Of a DNA stretch of 64,000 nt, positions 9,361 to 18,994 are shown in pieces (the first letter of the stretch is position 1; every line of letters starts with the position of its first letter). The DNA is from a virus: the IMG/VR virus record IMGVR_UViG_3300047478_000138, positions 1-64,000 of that record; one strand, given 5' to 3'. Under the pieces are notes generated by a model. It was not told the origin of the DNA and ran no database searches. It saw nothing but the letters and a program-made list of their open reading frames with translations. A program made the position numbers and the translations under genes.

Positions 9361-10523
9361 TGAGTCCAGATACTATGACAGATGAAGAATTTTCAAGATG
9401 GATGGATACTACTGAATTTCCTGATACAGAAGAAGAAGAAGAAATTGAAGTAGATGGTACTGAAGAAGAGGAATTTACTGAAGAAGCTGAAGAGGCTGAA
9501 TTGGAACAACCTGAAGAGGAATCCGATAATAATGGTGATGAAGATGAACCAGAAGAAGCTGAAGAAGAAGGCTCCGAAGAAGCTGAAGAAGGTACCGACG
9601 GGGACCAAGAAGAGCAAGAAGAGGAAAAACCTGAAGATGAAACAAAACCTGCAGAGTTGGAGACACAACCAGTAGAAAGTAAAACATACAGATTTAAAGC
9701 AGACGGTGAAGAGTTCGAGTTTACTGAAAAGGAAATGATTGAACAATTTGGCGGAGTATTTGCAAAAGCTGTAAACTATACTAAGAAGACACAAGCTCTT
9801 CAGAAACACAGACCAATGATAGACACTATTGAGCAAGAGAAACTCACTCAACAAGACTTGAATTTCGCAGTGGATCTACTGAAAGGCAACAAAGAAGCGA
9901 TTGCAGAGTTAATTAAGAGACATGAGATAGATACATTGGAACTTGAAACTGATAATGCATCGAAATATGTGCCTAATAGTTATGGTCGGAGTGAAGTAGA
10001 ATTAAATATCCAAGAAATTACTAACGAAATTAGTAAAGATCCTGAATATGAAGTTACTCATAGAGTACTTACTAAGGATTGGGATGATGATTCATGGACA
10101 GAAATGACCAAGAAACCGCAGTTAATTAAGTTATTGCACAACGACATAAAGAATGGGGCATTTGCAAAAGTGAATCCGATTGCTAAAAAGTTAAGAATGC
10201 AAGATGAAGTTAAGTACGGACAAAACATGCGATCAGATATTGAGTACTATAAGCTTGCTGCTAATATACATTCTGCACAAACTGAGCAAGAAGCTCAAAG
10301 AGTGAATAAAGCAGAACAAGATGCACTTACTCAAAGAAAGATCGCTGAGGTAAAAAGCAGTGAAACTAGTAGAGATGCTACAAAGAAACTTGCCGATAAA
10401 CGAAAGGCTGCAGCACCAACCAAAAGTAATGCTGGAACAAAGAAATCCGTAAACTACTTGGAAGAAGCACTCAATATGAGTGATGATGACTACTTGAAGT
10501 GGATGGAAAAAAAGCTGAAATAA
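9360..10523 (+). CDS. Scaffolding-like protein (N4 gp57-like)
   Basis: Very acidic N-terminus, FKADG.E, NYTKKTQAL, C-terminal MSDDDY; directly upstream of the capsid gene. Confidence 0.75.
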   Translation: MSPDTMTDEEFSRWMDTTEFPDTEEEEEIEVDGTEEEEFTEEAEEAELEQPEEESDNNGDEDEPEEAEEEGSEEAEEGTDGDQEEQEEEKPEDETKPAELETQPVESKTYRFKADGEEFEFTEKEMIEQFGGVFAKAVNYTKKTQALQKHRPMIDTIEQEKLTQQDLNFAVDLLKGNKEAIAELIKRHEIDTLELETDNASKYVPNSYGRSEVELNIQEITNEISKDPEYEVTHRVLTKDWDDDSWTEMTKKPQLIKLLHNDIKNGAFAKVNPIAKKLRMQDEVKYGQNMRSDIEYYKLAANIHSAQTEQEAQRVNKAEQDALTQRKIAEVKSSETSRDATKKLADKRKAAAPTKSNAGTKKSVNYLEEALNMSDDDYLKWMEKKLK

Positions 10524-10541
10524 GCTAAATAAGGAACTTAA

Positions 10542-11765
10542 ATGAGTTACAACACAGGTACGACTGGCGCTCCGTCAGCGATAGATAAAAAAGCAGGTAA
10601 TGGTCAGTTAACTCAGTACCACTACAACAAAAAAGCAATCATCGACATTAAAGATGAGATGTACTTTTCCCAAATGTCAGGTACTATGGCAATGCCAAAG
10701 AACCAAGGTAAAGAAGTAGTTAAGCACAGATACATTCCTGTACTAGATGACCAAAATGAAGTTGCAAACTCAGGTTTAGACGCACTTGGTGTAGCATCAA
10801 ATGGTAACTTATATGGTTCAAGTCGTGGTATGGGATTCATTACTGCAAAACTTCCAGAATTGGGTGAAAATGCTACTCGTGTAAACAAAATTAGCTTCAG
10901 CCGTAAAGAAGTACGTGGTACAATCAAGAATCGTGGTTTCTTCTACGAGTGGACTAAAGACGAGATGAACTTTGATTCAGATGCTCAATTGAAAATGCAC
11001 ACAACTACTGAAGCAGTACGTGCGGCTAACCAAGTAAATGAAGATACACTTGCTATCGAGTTAATTAATGGTGCTGGCGTAGTTTACTATGCAGGTGATG
11101 CAACTACTGTAGCTACAGTTGATGAAACTTCGGTTCCAACAATTCGTGACTTGATCAGAATTGACACAGAACTTGATAATAACAAATGTCCAAAAGACAC
11201 TACAGTTATCGTTGGTTCAAACATGACAGATACACGTACAGTACAAGCTGCTCGTTATATGTTCATTAGTCCAGATATGAAAATGGATTACATGTCAATC
11301 AAAGCATTGAATGGTACAGATGATGCGTTCGTATCAGTAGAGCAATATGCTGCTGCTAATAAAAACGGTAAATATGTAACTGCAATTCATGGTGAAATTG
11401 GTAAAGTTGGACCATTCCGTATAGTTGTACACCCTAAAATGGTTAAATACTCAAGTGTTACTGGTGCTGCATCAGGTAAAGCATGGGTTTCTGCAGTTGG
11501 TACAGATGAGTTCAGAAATGATGGTACTAAATTCGAGGTTTACGCAAACTTAGTAATTGGTTCAGGTTCATTCACACACATCGGTTTCGAGTTTGGTGCA
11601 GGTACACAAGGTAAATTCAACATTCAACACAAGACTCCAGAGTCTCTACGTACTCGTGAAAACCCATACGCTAAGTTTGGTATGACAATCATTGAATACT
11701 GGAATGGCGTCCTCATCGAACGTCCTGAGCATATAGCAAATTATGTAACTGCTTCTAAATACTAA
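10542..11765 (+). CDS. Major capsid protein (N4 gp56-like)
   Basis: MPKNQGK...YIPVLDD.N...GLDA.G...GNLYGSS, LPELGEN..RVN, HGEIGKVG.FRIV, .ERPE. motifs; codon style of a highly expressed gene. Confidence 0.93.
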   Translation: MSYNTGTTGAPSAIDKKAGNGQLTQYHYNKKAIIDIKDEMYFSQMSGTMAMPKNQGKEVVKHRYIPVLDDQNEVANSGLDALGVASNGNLYGSSRGMGFITAKLPELGENATRVNKISFSRKEVRGTIKNRGFFYEWTKDEMNFDSDAQLKMHTTTEAVRAANQVNEDTLAIELINGAGVVYYAGDATTVATVDETSVPTIRDLIRIDTELDNNKCPKDTTVIVGSNMTDTRTVQAARYMFISPDMKMDYMSIKALNGTDDAFVSVEQYAAANKNGKYVTAIHGEIGKVGPFRIVVHPKMVKYSSVTGAASGKAWVSAVGTDEFRNDGTKFEVYANLVIGSGSFTHIGFEFGAGTQGKFNIQHKTPESLRTRENPYAKFGMTIIEYWNGVLIERPEHIANYVTASKY

Positions 11766-11819
11766 GGTTGGTTGAAGGTCCACTACGGTATAGTGTTCAT
11801 AAAAGATTAGGAGTCAATT

Positions 11820-12659
11820 ATGAGTCATTATACTTACGTGGTATTCGATCCAAGTTCAGATATGAAGTACATAGGAGTAAGATCCTGTGAATGTCCTGTA
11901 GATGAGGACCCTTATATGGGTTCCTCATACGCAATGACAAATGAAGATAGAGCTAGATGCGATAAACTTGTGTTGAGTATATTCCCTACAAGAGAAGAAG
12001 CTTTAGCTGAAGAAATTAGGCTACATGCAGTTCATGAAGTACATAAAAATCCAGAATTCTGGAATATGGTTAAGCAAACTTCAACTAAATTCGTGAGTGA
12101 TAGAAAAGGCCATAAACTAACTGAAGAACATAAACGTAAATGTGGTGAAGCACTAACAGGCAGAAAGATGAAGCCTTTTACAGAAGAGCATAGACAAAGG
12201 CTTGCTAGAGCAAAGTTAGGAACTAAAGCATCAAGAGAGACTAGAGCCAAACTATCAGAAATGCGTAAAGGTACAGGCAATAGTAGGTACAAACATAGTT
12301 CTGTATATGAGTGGATGTCAAGAGAAGGTGCTGTATTTATAGGCACTCCTTTAGAGCTTAAAGAGGATAAAAACTTAGATGGTTCACATGTATACGCAAC
12401 GGTTGCCGGAAAACGAAATTACGCACACGGTTGGAGAATAGTCAAAAATATAACTAGTGGTTGTGCTACAACAGATAGATTATATATAGACAGCTATACT
12501 TGGGTGCATGTAGATGGCAGAGAATTCTGCGGCAGAATAGAGGAATTTAGAGACTTCCTAGGAGTTGCTAATATGTCCAATATAAAAAAGTTAGTAAGAA
12601 AAGACATTGGCTCATCCAAAGGGTGGTCAATAAAGTGGTATATACCAAGTAGAGCTTAA
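11820..12659 (+). CDS. Free-standing GIY-YIG-type homing endonuclease with NUMOD3 repeats
   Basis: HYTY...YIG...YMGS, E..EIRLH, N; KLTEEHKRK and PFTEEHRQR NUMOD3-like repeats. Confidence 0.8.
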   Translation: MSHYTYVVFDPSSDMKYIGVRSCECPVDEDPYMGSSYAMTNEDRARCDKLVLSIFPTREEALAEEIRLHAVHEVHKNPEFWNMVKQTSTKFVSDRKGHKLTEEHKRKCGEALTGRKMKPFTEEHRQRLARAKLGTKASRETRAKLSEMRKGTGNSRYKHSSVYEWMSREGAVFIGTPLELKEDKNLDGSHVYATVAGKRNYAHGWRIVKNITSGCATTDRLYIDSYTWVHVDGREFCGRIEEFRDFLGVANMSNIKKLVRKDIGSSKGWSIKWYIPSRA

Positions 12660-12677
12660 GCTCCACTCTGCTAAAAT
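12656..12677 (+). promoter_or_regulatory. Promoter upstream of the gp55-like gene
   Basis: TTAAG-ctccactctgc-TAAAAT. Confidence 0.55.
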
Positions 12678-12739
12678 ACGAATTAAAAGTCATAGAGTAT
12701 CACCTCGGACTATAAAATTAAAGATAAGGAGTCATAAAA

Positions 12740-13243
12740 ATGACTTACACAGAACTAAAAGATAGAGCAAAAGAGTTGAATGTAGAATTCAAAGGGCAAA
12801 TTGCCAAGGAAGAGTTGGAAGCATTAGTTGCGTCAGCAGAAGAAGAGCTGGAAATGCAAAGTAAAGCAGAAGGTTATGAAAAACCAATTCCTGCAGTAGT
12901 TGAAACAGCAAAGAAAAAAGTTAATGCACGTCAAGCTGCGATGTTAATGCGTAAAGTGAAGATTACTCCACTTGAAGAAAGAATGAGAGGATTGCCCTCT
13001 GAGTTCTACTCAGTTGGAAACGGCTCAATTGGGTTCGTAAAAAAAGTAGTAAGATTTAATGTTCCTACATGGGAGCCACAAGTATTGTTGGACATGCTTG
13101 CTGAAAAAACTATGTTAATTCAAGAAGAAACTACAGTAAATGGTAAAGAAGTTACAATTGTACGTAGTACAGAAGCTTACTCAATAGTTGATGTCCCACT
13201 AACCCAAGAAGAAAAAGCTGAATTAGCTGCTTCAAAAAAGTAA
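12740..13243 (+). CDS. N4 gp55-like protein
   Basis: LKDRAKELNV N-terminus, SVGN, and C-terminal PLTQEEKAELA; follows the capsid gene as in N4-like phages. Confidence 0.65.
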   Translation: MTYTELKDRAKELNVEFKGQIAKEELEALVASAEEELEMQSKAEGYEKPIPAVVETAKKKVNARQAAMLMRKVKITPLEERMRGLPSEFYSVGNGSIGFVKKVVRFNVPTWEPQVLLDMLAEKTMLIQEETTVNGKEVTIVRSTEAYSIVDVPLTQEEKAELAASKK

Positions 13244-13248
13244 CTATA

Positions 13249-13272
13249 TAGTGAGCTCTAAGGAGCTTACTA
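13249..13272 (+). terminator. Stem-loop after the gp55-like gene
   Basis: TAGTGAGCTC-TAAG-GAGCTTACTA inverted repeat. Confidence 0.45.
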
Positions 13273-13293
13273 ATATACGTACAAAGGATTACT

Positions 13294-13719
13294 ATGGCAG
13301 ATTTCATTATACCTCAGGGGGAAGAGTTTAAGTTTACTATGAAAGTCATCACTAATGATAGCTTTCTGCCACAATCGGTTGCAGACTTAGTTGATATTGG
13401 TGTAGCAGAAAGTGCTACAAAAGTAAAACTACAAAATAGAGACACACTAGCTTGCTTAGTTAGTACAGGAGTCACTATAGAAAAAATACCAGATGATGTT
13501 GAAGCTATACCATTAACTTACCTAAATGGGATGCTTAGTGTAACACTGCCAAGTACATTAACTGCACAAATGGTATCTGATAGAGCTGATAAAATAGATG
13601 ATTACTACTTAAAACCAACATACCAAATGCTGATTACATTAGACTTCAATGATGTGTATCCAACACGAACTGCGATGATAAAAGATGTATTTGTACTACC
13701 AACTACCTGTGTGGCATAG
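13294..13719 (+). CDS. Structural protein (adaptor-like)
   Basis: 141-aa ORF with AAGGA RBS in the structural block. Confidence 0.55.
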   Translation: MADFIIPQGEEFKFTMKVITNDSFLPQSVADLVDIGVAESATKVKLQNRDTLACLVSTGVTIEKIPDDVEAIPLTYLNGMLSVTLPSTLTAQMVSDRADKIDDYYLKPTYQMLITLDFNDVYPTRTAMIKDVFVLPTTCVA

Positions 13720-13722
13720 CAC

Positions 13723-15441
13723 ATGGTAGAAATAAAAGCACCAACTACTCCAGTAAAAACTCAGAAAACTGAGATAATAACTGCTAATAGCAATGCTGCT
13801 GTAAGTATACTAGGCTCAAGTAAGTTACAAGTTACACCTGCGGATTACGTAATTGCACAAAGTACATATGATGGAAATGTACCAAAAGGTATATCACAAT
13901 GGATACAAAATGAGATAGCGTTATCGGTTGAAAGTGGTAATATTGGAACTGCAATAGAAAATATAAGAACTACATTAATGAATGCAATTAGTAGTGGGGT
14001 AAACCAATACATAGAAACATTAACCACAGATTATGTGTCACAATCGGCGCTAACTACTACACTAGGATCTGCGATAGGAGCGGTTGATGCAAAAATACTC
14101 AATGTACAGCAAACGTTTGCTACAGAAAATGAAGCATTTGCAACTGAGATAGCAGTATTAAGAGCAAAACTTGGTGATGATGGAAGTCCAGGAGCAATAG
14201 AAGCATATATAGGCAATATAGCAATCGCTGCAGCAACTGATGAATTTGCGTCAGCTACAGATATGACAAGCTTAGTAGCAGTATACAATGAGCAAACACT
14301 TAGAATAGATACATTAGATAATGTAACTGTAACACCTGAAGGATGGACATTAGGTGCTAGTAAGTTAGCTACTACACCAGATAATAGCATAGTTGGTTGG
14401 TCATTCAGTGATGGAAGTAATGAAGTAAGTGAATTCAAGATAAATGCACAGAAATTCAGTGTAAGTGATGGAGTAACTGGGTATACGCCGTTTAGTATAA
14501 CAGGTAGTAACATTCTGTTTAATGGCGTAGTGGATTTCACTAGTACGAATAACTATGGAACTACTACTATTGATGGTGATAATATTACTACTGGTAGTAT
14601 AACAGCTGGGCAGATAGCGGCGAATACGATTACAGCTGATAAAATACAATCTGTATACATAAACGGGTATACTATTGAAGGTGCTGTTATCAGAGGAGCT
14701 TCGATTGAAGGATCTGTTATCAAGAGTTCATGGATAGATTACACCACCACTGGAGATTTGACTAACTGGCAATACTATACAACTTCAACTATCCCAAGTG
14801 CATATGAGGCTAACTTTGCACATGACAATGTTACCGGCGCTTTAATAGTAGATAGTCTAGGCTATGTGCGTCTTCCAGGTGTAGTGCGTCTATTTTCGCA
14901 ATCGTACTCTTCAACTGCGTCTGGCACTAGAAGTCTTAGCCAATATGATTTAATTTTTCCATATTCGTCATATACACAGTCTAATGCTAGAAGATCTGTA
15001 TCTGATAACCCATTGATAGTAAAAGACTCTGCGTCATATATATTTAATTTTGAATGGGGCAGCTGTACCCCATACTTTACTTTTAAAATATTGAATGACA
15101 CGTATGTTATTATGTTTGGTGCGTATTTTTATTTCACTTTAGAATCACTATCATTGATCGTGAAGAAAAATGGGACACAAGTATATAATTCAGGTACTGG
15201 AACTACTACAGTAAAAACTTACACATTTACCAGCGGAATTTTTTCCTTTACAGCAGAATGGAACGGATCTGTGGGGTTTGTACGAATGAATGCTATTACC
15301 GCAGTGCTGAGTACTCTTTCATCATATCCTTCGATTTTTTCAAATTTTACTGTTGGTCTTCAAGGGTCAGTAACGTTAGCGTCGTGCTCTGATATCGGAA
15401 GTACTACGATGTCTATACCGTCATTTTTAGTGCAATCGTGA
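13723..15441 (+). CDS. Tail fibre/spike protein with DUF1983-like central region and variable C-terminus
   Basis: Coiled-coil N-terminal half; GW...SEFKINAQKFSV...PFSI; TTIDGDNITTGSITA repeats; Ser/Thr/aromatic beta-rich C-terminus. Confidence 0.7.
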   Translation: MVEIKAPTTPVKTQKTEIITANSNAAVSILGSSKLQVTPADYVIAQSTYDGNVPKGISQWIQNEIALSVESGNIGTAIENIRTTLMNAISSGVNQYIETLTTDYVSQSALTTTLGSAIGAVDAKILNVQQTFATENEAFATEIAVLRAKLGDDGSPGAIEAYIGNIAIAAATDEFASATDMTSLVAVYNEQTLRIDTLDNVTVTPEGWTLGASKLATTPDNSIVGWSFSDGSNEVSEFKINAQKFSVSDGVTGYTPFSITGSNILFNGVVDFTSTNNYGTTTIDGDNITTGSITAGQIAANTITADKIQSVYINGYTIEGAVIRGASIEGSVIKSSWIDYTTTGDLTNWQYYTTSTIPSAYEANFAHDNVTGALIVDSLGYVRLPGVVRLFSQSYSSTASGTRSLSQYDLIFPYSSYTQSNARRSVSDNPLIVKDSASYIFNFEWGSCTPYFTFKILNDTYVIMFGAYFYFTLESLSLIVKKNGTQVYNSGTGTTTVKTYTFTSGIFSFTAEWNGSVGFVRMNAITAVLSTLSSYPSIFSNFTVGLQGSVTLASCSDIGSTTMSIPSFLVQS

Positions 15442-15463
15442 TAATCAACAAAGGAGAAATAAA

Positions 15464-15685
15464 ATGTACATAGATGTATTAATAGGGTTTGTTATAGGAT
15501 TATTCATCCTAATAGCAAGAGAAACTATAAACTATAAAAGAAACAAAGAGGCTGATATAGCTATAACAAACTACCAGGCTAGAGGTCGTGAAATAACTTC
15601 ATTAAAAGAGCAACTTACTCTAGCTAATAAGACTATAGTAGGACTAGAAGAACAGTTAGAAGGAGAAATAAATGGCAACATGTGA
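15464..15685 (+). CDS. TM plus coiled-coil protein
   Basis: AAGGAG RBS; N-terminal TM helix followed by heptads. Confidence 0.55.
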   Translation: MYIDVLIGFVIGLFILIARETINYKRNKEADIAITNYQARGREITSLKEQLTLANKTIVGLEEQLEGEINGNM

Positions 15686-15740
15686 AGTTACACTACCACT
15701 AGCATCTAGACATCTGTGCGATAATTCGTATAACAATTAA
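15672..15740 (+). CDS. Micro-ORF MATCEVTLPLASRHLCDNSYNN
   Basis: AAGGAG RBS at ~15660-15665; similar start to the next micro-ORF. Confidence 0.35.
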   Translation: MATCEVTLPLASRHLCDNSYNN

Positions 15741-15751
15741 GGAGTCTGATA

Positions 15752-15811
15752 ATGGCATGTACAAATACACTACCGATGGTAGTACTAGCTGATGGAACAC
15801 TTATGCTATAA
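15752..15811 (+). CDS. Micro-ORF MACTNTLPMVVLADGTLML
   Basis: AAGGAG RBS at 15739-15744. Confidence 0.35.
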   Translation: MACTNTLPMVVLADGTLML

Positions 15812-15842
15812 TACGTTAATTGAATAAAATAAAGGAATAAAA

Positions 15843-16661
15843 ATGGCAGCAACAGCAATGGAATATAATCCAGGACTACCAAGAGATTTAGATGTAACAC
15901 CGATATTTACAGACTTGATGAAAGCGGCTACAGGACAGAGTAGTATCTACCTGAAAGCAAAAGCAACAGTATTAGACTATGTAGAAAAAGGTCACTTGAC
16001 TGAGGTGCAAAAAGCAGAAGTATTGGCTAAAACAATAACTGACTTAGCAAGTGGAATGACTGCACAAGCGCTACAAGCTGCAGTGGAAATAGCTAAAGAA
16101 AATAGAGATGCTCCAGTAGTGTACTTGAAAGCAATAGAAGATACAAAATTGATTAATGCACAAATGCAAAAAACAATAATAGATGCTAATAAAGCTGATA
16201 TGGAAACAGACTTGACATTGATGGCAATAAAGAAAGCTCAAGCAGAATTGACAATAGACTACGGAGTAACTGCACTTGCAGCAATGCCAGATTGGACAGT
16301 AGCACTAGCATATAATGCATCAGGTACTAAACATGAGTCAATTAAAATGGCACAAGCTAATGTATATAATGGGTATGCAACAGCGTATAGACAAAATGGA
16401 ATTGTACTGCCAGTAATTGACTCAGTAGGTTGGTTAACATCAGGAACATCAGCTGATGAGGTTGGATTAAACTATTGGCAAACGAAAGTTGCTGAGAGAC
16501 AAGAAAAAGGATTTGATGATAATACTAGACAGCATGTGGCTAATAGTTCTGCTACAATGGTAAGTATGTTGTTAAGCTCTGAAGAGGCTGCATTGGTTGA
16601 TGATGCATCTGCTGCATTAGCTAAGTGGACTGCGGCTGTTGATTATTTGAATAACGCATAA
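15843..16661 (+). CDS. Virion structural protein (N4 gp54-like)
   Basis: IFTDLMKA...KG.L...AEV, QTKVAERQEKGFDDN motifs; synteny. Confidence 0.65.
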   Translation: MAATAMEYNPGLPRDLDVTPIFTDLMKAATGQSSIYLKAKATVLDYVEKGHLTEVQKAEVLAKTITDLASGMTAQALQAAVEIAKENRDAPVVYLKAIEDTKLINAQMQKTIIDANKADMETDLTLMAIKKAQAELTIDYGVTALAAMPDWTVALAYNASGTKHESIKMAQANVYNGYATAYRQNGIVLPVIDSVGWLTSGTSADEVGLNYWQTKVAERQEKGFDDNTRQHVANSSATMVSMLLSSEEAALVDDASAALAKWTAAVDYLNNA

Positions 16662-16675
16662 TTAAGGAGTAGCAG

Positions 16676-18424
16676 ATGTATATTGAAAGTGACTTCGTAA
16701 ACACTGCTACGCTGGATTTACAAGCCAATAGGAAAATGCATAATAGAATATTGAAGTATTGGCCTACTACAGTGCTTAATGGGGTTACTGTTATGGCTAA
16801 CCTCAATCTATATGCTGGTGGTGCTGTACAAGAGAGTCATGCGTATAAGCGATTGTACAACATACTTGGCATTAGTGTAGAAGATTTAAAGAAAGAAAAA
16901 TGGGTAGGTATAGAAGAGTACTACTTATATTTTAATCCTGTGCAAGGCACGTATGATGATATAAGTAACGAACAATTAACTACGTATTTAGAGTTTCAAG
17001 CTCCATTTACTGTAGAAAATGTACCAGTAGTACCACCATTATTACCGGTGTATGATAGGTCTGCATGGTTTACAGCGGAGATAAGCTATGAGCCATTGTT
17101 CGTTAATAGCGATGCAAATGTGCTAAGTGATGCTAGTATTATAGATGCAATTAAAGCCGATCCTTATATAGTTGAATACAGTATTGCAGATGAGCATGTA
17201 CTTACTGCATTGGCATTGCTGGATCGTAACGAGGTTATATTTGAGAGAGAGTTTAAGGTAACACATAGAAATCTTACAAATGTTACAGCTATAGCACAGA
17301 CAGATAGAACAAATACTGCTAGCTTTTTGAAAGAGGTTAATATTGAATTTAAGTTTAGACGCAAACCTTTTATATCACAGATTACGTATGATGTGTATTT
17401 GAATACTATACGTAGTGCTGTTTATAATTCAGTTAATAGTTTTCCTAACTCAGTTAAATTACAATTGCTAGAAGTATATCATGGTATAGTGCCGTTTATT
17501 GACAATGAGATATTATATCAAGGCAGATACCGATTAGATGGGCTACTGGCTATGAAGAGTAAAGAGTTTAATAAGACTATTACTGCCAGGATTAAGACTG
17601 GGTATAAGAAAAAGAAAGTTAGTACTTGGAAGAAGCTTGTCACTATAGTCTTAACTATAATAATAATAGTGGTAGCTGTACTAGTCGCTATACCTACAGG
17701 TGGGGGTTCTATAGCCTGGGCTAGTGCAGCTATGGTACTAACTGTTGGCTCACTGGCTATGATGGGATTATCAATAATACTTGCTAAGAAGGACCCTGCT
17801 TGGGCTGCATATATGGGAAAAGCCTCCCAAGTGTTGGGAATAGCTGCAGCTATAGTAGGAATAACTGCTATAGTGCAAAGTATGGCACGCGCTGCTGCTG
17901 CTGGTGCTACAGCGACGAAAGAAGCGGCTACACAATCACTAATAGCTGCGGGTAAAGAAGTAACAGTAGAGTCATTAAAAGCAGAGGCATTAGTAGTGGC
18001 TGGTAGAATGAGCTTTGTGGAATCACTAAAAGAGATAACACTTGAAAGTATGGGTGATATGCTCATAGACTATGTAAAAAACGCAGTCAGTACTACTACT
18101 TCCACTAATATGCAGAGTATGCTTAATGCAGCTACTAAAGGATTCCAACTATATGTTAAGCATATAGACCCTCCTGCTGATGGACTAGATTATATGACTA
18201 GACAGATAGAAGAACAAGAGCAGCAATTAGAGGACTTATCTAGTGCAGGACTAAAAGATAAAATGGACTATACATTCAGTAGTCCGTTTTACAATATCTA
18301 TGATTTCAATGAGATAATGCAGGCAGTTCCACATAGGATGACCCAAGGTAAGATTGATGATACGTTCAATAAATACTATGATGGTATAACAAGTAAAGTT
18401 ACTTATCGAGGATACTTAGGTTAA
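16676..18424 (+). CDS. Virion protein with TM helices (N4 gp53-like)
   Basis: YKKKKVSTWKK followed by long hydrophobic segments; no cysteine; synteny upstream of the ejection proteins. Confidence 0.6.
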   Translation: MYIESDFVNTATLDLQANRKMHNRILKYWPTTVLNGVTVMANLNLYAGGAVQESHAYKRLYNILGISVEDLKKEKWVGIEEYYLYFNPVQGTYDDISNEQLTTYLEFQAPFTVENVPVVPPLLPVYDRSAWFTAEISYEPLFVNSDANVLSDASIIDAIKADPYIVEYSIADEHVLTALALLDRNEVIFEREFKVTHRNLTNVTAIAQTDRTNTASFLKEVNIEFKFRRKPFISQITYDVYLNTIRSAVYNSVNSFPNSVKLQLLEVYHGIVPFIDNEILYQGRYRLDGLLAMKSKEFNKTITARIKTGYKKKKVSTWKKLVTIVLTIIIIVVAVLVAIPTGGGSIAWASAAMVLTVGSLAMMGLSIILAKKDPAWAAYMGKASQVLGIAAAIVGITAIVQSMARAAAAGATATKEAATQSLIAAGKEVTVESLKAEALVVAGRMSFVESLKEITLESMGDMLIDYVKNAVSTTTSTNMQSMLNAATKGFQLYVKHIDPPADGLDYMTRQIEEQEQQLEDLSSAGLKDKMDYTFSSPFYNIYDFNEIMQAVPHRMTQGKIDDTFNKYYDGITSKVTYRGYLG

Positions 18425-18489
18425 GTTAAAGCTTTATTAGATATAATGAGTGTATTTAAGTGCACACAAATACAAAATAGGAGATTACA

Positions 18490-18993
18490 ATGGCAGTTCA
18501 AATGGGATATAAACAAGATGGCACATATGGAATACTAGATGCAGGAGATATAATGGCAACAAATCAATCCGCATTTGCAACTACTAATCAAATAGGTTCT
18601 GTGGCAGTTGAGCCAGTAGGGCCTGCACAAACAGTAGAGTACAATGGTAATATATACGGAATGGATCCAGGATCAGTGAAATTGATGCAAAATGATGCAG
18701 AATTTGAAGGTATGAAAGGAATTCCAGATAGTACTACAGATACCTCTAAAGATCTGCTGGGAATGAATCCAGATCAGTGGGGTAGTGCTATGAAAATGGG
18801 ACAAATCGGAATTGGTGCTGGGCAATTAGGGCTAGGATTAGCCAGCTACTTCCAAAATAAAGGATTGGCTGATAAACAAAAAGAATTGCTTGGGCAACAA
18901 ATTGAGAGTAATAGGTCCGAAATTGATGCAAGAAAGAACTATAGAAGTGCACTAGATGGCTTCGGTTCACAATCACAACCGACAAGGATATAG
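18490..18993 (+). CDS. Ejection/internal virion protein (N4 gp52-like)
   Basis: Gly-rich GIGAGQLGLGLASY segment plus coiled coil; no cysteine; synteny. Confidence 0.6.
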   Translation: MAVQMGYKQDGTYGILDAGDIMATNQSAFATTNQIGSVAVEPVGPAQTVEYNGNIYGMDPGSVKLMQNDAEFEGMKGIPDSTTDTSKDLLGMNPDQWGSAMKMGQIGIGAGQLGLGLASYFQNKGLADKQKELLGQQIESNRSEIDARKNYRSALDGFGSQSQPTRI

Positions 18994-18994
18994 T

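Noticed and set aside
9393-9854. Overlapping ORFs 9393..9854(-), 9454..9675(+) and 9475..9687(-)
   Set aside because: Shadows of the GAA-rich acidic tract of the scaffold gene.
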